From contig JBBIRR010000066.1 in assembly GCA_037441705.1 (NCBI GenBank), forward strand, positions 1-15,113: DNA of 15,113 nt. Reading direction: 5' to 3'. Position numbers and translations under genes: made by a program. Shown one piece after another: positions 9,650 through 15,113 of this stretch. The notes beneath the pieces were generated by a model. The model was not told where the DNA came from. It did no database searches and saw nothing but the letters and a program-made list of their open reading frames with translations. The first letter of the stretch is position 1. Every line of letters starts with the position of its first letter. The DNA is from Ignavibacteriales bacterium (lineage in GTDB: Bacteria; Bacteroidota; Ignavibacteria; UBA10030; UBA6906).

Positions 9650-10352
9650 CGCGTTATCCCCATCTCCCGCCCGAACAGTGGCGCACTCAGGAAGTGATCG
9701 ATCTCTACAACAGTGATGTGAAGGAGTGGAACGAACGAATCCACAACGTAAGGAGACTGCTCATGAAGCAAACATTGATTGTTCCCGAAATCATTGAAAA
9801 GAAGATTTTCCTCATCCGAGGACAGAAGGTGATGCTGGACTTTCATCTTGCTGAACTCTACGAGGTGGAAACCAAAGCGCTGAAGCGTGCGGTGAAGAGA
9901 AATCGCGATCGGTTTCCTGATGACTTCTGTTTTGAACTCACCGAGGCCGAAGTGGAGAACTTGAGGTACCATTTTGGCACCTCAAGTTGGGGTGGGAGAA
10001 GATATCCACCGTTGGCCTTCACCGAACAAGGCGTTGCGATGCTTTCCAGCGTCCTGCGCAGCAAGCGGGCTGTGCAGGTCAACATCGAAATCATGCGTGC
10101 GTTTGTGCGCCTGCGTGAGATGCTTGCGACACACAAAGATCTTGCGCGGAAATTGGAAGAGTTGGAAAAGAAGTACGACAAGCAGTTTGCCCTTGTGTTT
10201 GAGGCAATCCGGCAACTGATGACACCGCCGGAGCCACCGCCCAAACGACGCATCGGGTTCGGCGTGGAGGAGCCGAAAGGCGTGTACAAGACTCGCAGGA
10301 ACAAATCATGAGCAAACCACTCTCAGAAGACACCGTCTGCTGGATGGAGGTG
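9625..10352 (+). repeat. 19-bp exact direct repeat CGTCTGCTGGATGGAGGTG (helicase 3' end containing a GGAGG RBS) flanking the ORF6N gene
   Basis: Copies at 9625-9643 and 10334-10352, extending to 21/22 identity with GTA versus ATA. Both copies encode VCWMEV. Confidence 0.9.
9646..10311 (+). CDS. ORF6N-domain DNA-binding protein; alternative start at 9763
   Basis: [81 protein letters not shown] and C-terminal KRRIGF. ATG 9646 overlaps the helicase stop. A second ATG at 9763 has an AAGGAG RBS at 9750-9755. Confidence 0.9.
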   Translation: MTRYPHLPPEQWRTQEVIDLYNSDVKEWNERIHNVRRLLMKQTLIVPEIIEKKIFLIRGQKVMLDFHLAELYEVETKALKRAVKRNRDRFPDDFCFELTEAEVENLRYHFGTSSWGGRRYPPLAFTEQGVAMLSSVLRSKRAVQVNIEIMRAFVRLREMLATHKDLARKLEELEKKYDKQFALVFEAIRQLMTPPEPPPKRRIGFGVEEPKGVYKTRRNKS

Positions 10353-10361
10353 ATACCATGA
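10308..10361 (+). CDS. 17-aa chimeric minigene [17 protein letters not shown] (junction scar or translational relay)
   Basis: The ATG overlaps the ORF6N stop (ATGA 10308-10311) and the stop overlaps the YhcG start (ATGA 10358-10361). The first half resembles the methyltransferase N-terminus and the second half matches the helicase C-terminus. Confidence 0.55.
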   Translation: MSKPLSEDTVCWMEVIP

Positions 10362-11437
10362 AACCTGCACGATCAACAGATCATCGTGTATCAACAGGTC
10401 TGCTGAAGGACATTCGCTCACTTATTGAATCTGCACGGTCGCAGGTTGTTCGGACGGTCAATTCATCGCTCGTTATGTTGCACTGGCGGATCGGGACACG
10501 GATTCGGAAGGACATCCTCGGTGAAGAACGAGCGAAATACGGGCAACAGATTGTGACATCACTGTCGCGACAATTGGTGAAAGAATACGGGGCTGGGTGG
10601 GGAGAGAAACATTTATGGCATTGTCTACGCAGTGCGGAGACTTTTTCAGAAAAACAGATTCTCTACGCAGTGCGTAGACAATTGAATTGGACACATATTC
10701 GTACTATTGCTTATCTCGATGATAAACTACAGCGTGAATTTTACTTAGAGCTCTGCATACAGGAACGTTGGAGTACACGCCAACTCCAGGAACGCATCGC
10801 CTCCATGCTCTACGAACGCACCGCCATCTCGAAGAAACCCGCGAAGCTCATCAAGCAGGAATTGAAATCTCTTCGTAAGAAAGACACACTCTCGCCCGAC
10901 CTCGTGTTCCGCGACCCTTACTTCTTCGATTTTCTCGGGCTCAAAGACACGTACAGCGAGAGTGACCTCGAGGCTGCAATTCTCAGAGAGATGGAATCGT
11001 TCATTCTTGAGCTTGGCGTAGGTTTCAGCTTTGTCGCCCGGCAGAAGCGCATCTCGGTGGATCACGAAGATCATTACATCGACCTGCTTTTTTTTCACCG
11101 CGGGCTTCGCAGGCTCGTGGCGATTGATCTGAAATTGGGTTCCTTCAAGGCGTCGGACAAAGGACAAATGGAACTCTACCTTCGCTGGCTCGAGAAGCAC
11201 GAGATGCAGCCCGGCGAAGAAACACCAATTGGATTGATCCTCTGTGCGGGCAAATCCACCGAGCAGGTGGAACTTCTGCAACTGCACAAGAGCGGCATCC
11301 GTGTGGCGGAGTATATGACCGAACTTCCACCGCGAAAGCAGTTGGAAAAGAAACTGCATCAGGCAATCATCACTGCACGAGAGATGCTCGCACGACGACG
11401 ATTACCGGAATTATCAACAACTGGAAAAATCTCATGA
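10358..11437 (+). CDS. YhcG/DUF1016 family PD-(D/E)XK nuclease-domain protein, 359 aa
   Basis: VNSSLVMLHWRIG, RAKYG, LNWTH, WSTRQL, FRDPYFFDFLGL, ILELGVGFSFVARQKRI, YIDLLFFHRGLRRLVAIDLK, GQMELYL and PIGLILC. A GGAGG RBS lies upstream. Confidence 0.93.
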   Translation: MKPARSTDHRVSTGLLKDIRSLIESARSQVVRTVNSSLVMLHWRIGTRIRKDILGEERAKYGQQIVTSLSRQLVKEYGAGWGEKHLWHCLRSAETFSEKQILYAVRRQLNWTHIRTIAYLDDKLQREFYLELCIQERWSTRQLQERIASMLYERTAISKKPAKLIKQELKSLRKKDTLSPDLVFRDPYFFDFLGLKDTYSESDLEAAILREMESFILELGVGFSFVARQKRISVDHEDHYIDLLFFHRGLRRLVAIDLKLGSFKASDKGQMELYLRWLEKHEMQPGEETPIGLILCAGKSTEQVELLQLHKSGIRVAEYMTELPPRKQLEKKLHQAIITAREMLARRRLPELSTTGKIS

Positions 11438-14400
11438 AGCCCATCACCGAACACGCCGTGCGTTACATTCGCGACCGGCAAACGCTTCTACAGTTTCTCG
11501 AACGTGACCTCGGCTGGCGACTGCCGCCTGACCCGCCGCCCGACGAGGTAACATTCGACTGGACTGCAGATGAACTGCATCTGAGCGATTCCGCCAAACA
11601 GAAACTCGCCGGCGGCACGGTAAAGCAACTGCGACCGATGCACGACAACCAACCGTGGGGAATCTTCCTGGTCGAGTTTGCCGACGGACGGGTGTACCAA
11701 ACCGCGCTGCGGCAAATCCTGCGCGGACTCGTCCCCAAGCGCCGCCGCGACTCGAACCTCCCCGCATGGAAGCACGAGAACCTGTTGTTCATCTGCACAA
11801 CAAAAGATCAGCAGTTCACCTTTGCCCATTTCCGCGGCGAGAAGCCCGAACGCGCCAAAATCGTCCGCTTCTCCTGGTCGCCCGATGAACCGATCCGCAC
11901 GCTGTGCGAGTTCAACCTGCCCGCGCTGCGCTTTCCTGATGATCCATCACAGTGGACGCAGCAATGGCAGAGCGCCTTTGATGTGGAGAAGGTCACTAAC
12001 ACGTTCTTCGAACAATACCGCGTTATCTTTGATCGCCTCCAAAAGATTCTCCACAAGCAAACAAAAGACAAACAGTGGGCGCACGACTACGCACTGCAGT
12101 TCCTTAACCGCTTGATGTTCCTCTACTTCATCCAGAAGAAGCGTTGGCTCGGTAACAATCCTCGTTTCGTCAAAACACTCTGGGATGCTTACAAAGCGAA
12201 GTCACCGCACAAAGACACGTTCTTCAGCGAGTGGCTTTCGGTTCTCTTCTTCGAAGCCTTCAACGAACGCTACCAGAATCGTGCGGAATACGAGAAACGT
12301 TTCCCGCTGGAGATTCGCTCGGCGTTCGCTCAAGCGCCGTTCCTCAACGGCGGACTTTTTGCCGAAAACAAACTCGATACTGCCTTCACCGCCGCGATTC
12401 CCGATTCGTTCTTCACCGAACTGTTCGACCGATTCGAGAACGACTCGCCCGGCTTCTTCGAGCGCTACAACTTCACCATCTCCGAAGATACGCCGCTCGA
12501 TCAAGAAGTTGCCGTTGACCCGGAGATGATCGGAAAGGTGTATGAAAGTCTGGTCAACATCACCTTCGAAGGCATCACCGAAGAAGACCTGCGCGGCAAG
12601 GCGGGCATCTTCTACACCCCGCGCATCGAGATAGACCTGATGTGCCGACTCTCGCTCACCGATTGGCTCGTGAATCATCTCGGCGAAGAACACAAAGAGA
12701 TCATCCGCCGCGCCGTCTTCGCCTACTCGCCCGAAGAAAAGAAAGAAGCGGATGACACTTTGCTCAAAGCCAATTTGTGGGAAAGACTCAACAACGCGCT
12801 GCGTGCGGTGACCGTGCTCGACCCTGCGTGCGGCTCCGGCTCGTTCCTCATCGGCATGCTGTTGGTGTTGGACGACCTGCAAGCCCGTGCGAACAACATC
12901 CTCGGCGTTGATGAAACCCACTACGAACGCCGCAAACGCATCATCGGGCAGAGTCTCTACGGCGTGGATGTGATGGAGTGGGCGGTGCACGTTGCCGAAC
13001 TTCGTCTCTGGCTGCAACTCGTCATCGAAACCGAATTAGCTCCTGCCGAACTCAAATTCCGTCCGCTTCTGCCCAATCTCTCCTTCAAAGTCCGGAACGG
13101 CGACAGTCTCGTGCAGGAAGTGGGCGGCATCAGTTTCGGATTGCATCGTGAGCATCTCGACATTTCTCACGCGCTCAAAGGGAAGCTCACCGCGCTCAAA
13201 GGAGAAAAGCTGAAGTTCTTCCAGGGTGAATACAAACAAACCGAGCGCAAGCGTGAAGAGATCGAACAGCAGGAGCGGCAGGTCTTCACGGCGATACTCA
13301 ACGAGAAAAAAATCCTGCTCGACAAAGAGATCGCCCGGCTCACGCGCAAAATCGAACAGCCCGAAGCCGAGCAGATGGAGTTGTTAGAAACCAAAAAGCC
13401 CGGCAAGCAACTTCAACTGAAAGTGGAAGAATGGGAAACACAAAAAGAAGAACTCGAAGCCGAGCGTGACCGCATCACTCATGCGCTCGACGCGCTCAGA
13501 ACCGAACAGCGCGTCCCCTTCGTGTGGGACATTGCCTTTGTCGAAATCTTCGAGAGCGAGAAAGAGGGCTTCGACATCGTCCTCGGCAACCCGCCGTATG
13601 TGCGGCAGGAGATGATTGCCGACCCGCGGCTCGACCCCGCCGACTTCGGCGGCGAAAATAGCGACCGCTGGAAAAAGAAGAAAGCCGAATACAAAGCAAA
13701 ACTCCAGCGCTCGGTCTATGAAGCCTACCCGAAATTCTTCGGCTACAACTGGCGCAAAGGCACCGCCGCCCGCAAGATTGACGGCAAGTGCGACCTCTAC
13801 ATTTTCTTTTATCTGCACGGACTCAGTCTACTCAACCCTAAAGGCAGTTTCTGCTTCATCACCAGCAACTCGTGGCTCGATGTCGGCTACGGCGCCGACC
13901 TGCAGGAGTTTTTGCTCAAGCACTGCGCCATCCACTACATCATTGACAACGAAGCCAAACGGAGTTTTGCGCAGGCGGATGTGAACACGGTGATCTGTTT
14001 GTTTTCTGCACCTGTAGGTCGGAATGCCATTCCGACCGACAATGCTCGCTTCGTAATGTTCCGCGTGCCGTTTGAATACGCCCTCTCGCCTGTGGTGTTC
14101 GAAGAGATTGACTCCGCAACAGACCGCTTACGCCGACCTGAGTTTCGTGTAGTGGTGAAGACGCAAGAAGAGTTGCACAGCGAGGGGCTTGAGGTTGAGG
14201 AAGAGGAAGAAGCGCCGAGCGTCTCTGTTCACGAAGGTGAATATGCAGGCGACAAGTGGGGCGGCAAATACCTGCGCGCACCGGATATCTTCTTTACGAT
14301 TTTGGAGAAAGGCAAAGACAAACTCGTGCGGCTGGGGGGTATTGCGGAAGTGCGGCGCGGCTTTACAACCGGCGCCAACGAGTTTTTCTATCTCGACGAC

Positions 14401-15113
14401 GAAAAGATTGCCGAGTGGGGAATTGAGAAAGAGTTTTTGAAGCCGGTGATAAAGAGCCCGAGAGAATGCAAAAACATCTTGATTGACCCGAAGCAGCTGA
14501 AACACAAGATTTTCATGTGCCACAAGGAGAAGAAAGAACTCAAAGGCACGAAGGCGTTGAAGTATATTGAGTGGGGAGAAGAACAGGGGTTTCATAAACG
14601 ACCAAGTTGTGCTGGAAGAGAACCGTGGTGGGATTTGGGAGAGCGTCCTGGGTCGACAGTGAACTGCAATTACCTTGTCAATGAAGTAATGAGGTTTTAC
14701 TATTCGGTTAATCGGTTCTATGTCAGCGACAACTTTCAGGAGATACATTCCACAGAGGATCAGGCGAGCTTAGTGGTGTCTCTTAATTCAAGTGTTTTTG
14801 GATTGATAGTTAACATGACGGGAAGGACAAATTTCGGCGGGGGGTTGATGAAGATTCAAACTTATGAAGTTGCGAATCTCAAGCTACTAGACCCGACATG
14901 CATAGCGGATGATAATCGAACCACAAAAGTATTGCAAAGTATTTCAAATAGAGAGATGACGAGTATTTATAGAGAGTTCGGATTGAACTTAACCAAGCCC
15001 ATCCGTTCTCAGCAGCCCAAACCGCTGCCGGACCGGAAAGCGTTAGATGATGTCGTCTTCGATGCGCTCGGTCTCACCGAAGCCGAGCGGAAGGAAGTCT
15101 ATTGGGCGGTGTG
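11434..15113 (+). CDS. Large gamma-class N6-adenine DNA methyltransferase with C-terminal TRD (Eco57I/Type IIG-like), >1226 aa, runs off window end; absent from ORF track
   Basis: Frame is open from ATG 11434 (MKPITEHAVRYIRDR...). Motifs LNRLMFLYFIQKK, FLNGGLF, YNFTISED..VAVDPEMIGKVYE, GIFYTP (X), LDPACGSGSF (I, 12820), YGVD, GDSL, FDIVLGNPPY (IV, 13588), DLYIFF and ITSNSWLDVGYG. TRD region has RRGFTTGANEFF and ends ...LDDVVFDALGLTEAER. Confidence 0.93.
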   Translation, partial: MKPITEHAVRYIRDRQTLLQFLERDLGWRLPPDPPPDEVTFDWTADELHLSDSAKQKLAGGTVKQLRPMHDNQPWGIFLVEFADGRVYQTALRQILRGLVPKRRRDSNLPAWKHENLLFICTTKDQQFTFAHFRGEKPERAKIVRFSWSPDEPIRTLCEFNLPALRFPDDPSQWTQQWQSAFDVEKVTNTFFEQYRVIFDRLQKILHKQTKDKQWAHDYALQFLNRLMFLYFIQKKRWLGNNPRFVKTLWDAYKAKSPHKDTFFSEWLSVLFFEAFNERYQNRAEYEKRFPLEIRSAFAQAPFLNGGLFAENKLDTAFTAAIPDSFFTELFDRFENDSPGFFERYNFTISEDTPLDQEVAVDPEMIGKVYESLVNITFEGITEEDLRGKAGIFYTPRIEIDLMCRLSLTDWLVNHLGEEHKEIIRRAVFAYSPEEKKEADDTLLKANLWERLNNALRAVTVLDPACGSGSFLIGMLLVLDDLQARANNILGVDETHYERRKRIIGQSLYGVDVMEWAVHVAELRLWLQLVIETELAPAELKFRPLLPNLSFKVRNGDSLVQEVGGISFGLHREHLDISHALKGKLTALKGEKLKFFQGEYKQTERKREEIEQQERQVFTAILNEKKILLDKEIARLTRKIEQPEAEQMELLETKKPGKQLQLKVEEWETQKEELEAERDRITHALDALRTEQRVPFVWDIAFVEIFESEKEGFDIVLGNPPYVRQEMIADPRLDPADFGGENSDRWKKKKAEYKAKLQRSVYEAYPKFFGYNWRKGTAARKIDGKCDLYIFFYLHGLSLLNPKGSFCFITSNSWLDVGYGADLQEFLLKHCAIHYIIDNEAKRSFAQADVNTVICLFSAPVGRNAIPTDNARFVMFRVPFEYALSPVVFEEIDSATDRLRRPEFRVVVKTQEELHSEGLEVEEEEEAPSVSVHEGEYAGDKWGGKYLRAPDIFFTILEKGKDKLVRLGGIAEVRRGFTTGANEFFYLDDEKIAEWGIEKEFLKPVIKSPRECKNILIDPKQLKHKIFMCHKEKKELKGTKALKYIEWGEEQGFHKRPSCAGREPWWDLGERPGSTVNCNYLVNEVMRFYYSVNRFYVSDNFQEIHSTEDQASLVVSLNSSVFGLIVNMTGRTNFGGGLMKIQTYEVANLKLLDPTCIADDNRTTKVLQSISNREMTSIYREFGLNLTKPIRSQQPKPLPDRKALDDVVFDALGLTEAERKEVYWAV
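14013..14041. repeat. GTAG-type REP-like palindrome inside the methyltransferase coding sequence
   Basis: TGTAGGTCGGAATG-C-CATTCCGACCGACA has 14-bp arms with one mismatch and is read in frame as PVGRNAIPTD. Confidence 0.65.

Noticed and set aside
11088-11095. T8 tract in YhcG (and G6 tracts near 14334 and 14839) as phase-variation switches
   Set aside because: The tracts are short, in frame, and explained by Leu-Phe-Phe or Gly-Gly codons.
11444-14748. Many short ORFs listed in the track over this region, and antisense ORFs over aspC, pckA and the helicase
   Set aside because: They are shadow frames of long genes with strong motifs. The real gene at 11434 onward is missing from the track only because it has no stop within the window.
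6590-15113. Calling the locus DISARM, BREX or a prophage/ICE
   Set aside because: No drmA/drmB (DUF1998), pglZ/brxC, integrase, tRNA att site or phage structural genes are visible in the window. Downstream DNA is unseen.

Overview
Bacterial chromosomal window, probably Bacteroidota/Ignavibacteria-like (inferred from protein style only). The left part is mostly housekeeping: partial dcd (-), an orphan YefM-like antitoxin remnant, a class I aminotransferase followed by pckA (+) with a hairpin repeat element between them, an NCS2/AzgA-type nucleobase permease (-) and a secreted hypothetical protein (-). From 6590 to the window end is one + strand candidate defence operon whose ORFs are linked by four consecutive ATGA overlaps. 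It comprises a PLD nuclease-SNF2-type helicase fusion, an ORF6N DNA-binding protein, a 17-codon minigene, a YhcG/DUF1016 nuclease, and a >1226-aa gamma-class N6-adenine methyltransferase-TRD protein that the ORF track omits because it runs off the window. The minigene looks like a chimera of the methyltransferase N-terminus and the helicase C-terminus, suggesting a cargo slot at the helicase-methyltransferase junction where two cassettes have been stacked. The methyltransferase gene also carries an in-frame GTAG-type palindrome and a low-GC target-recognition segment.
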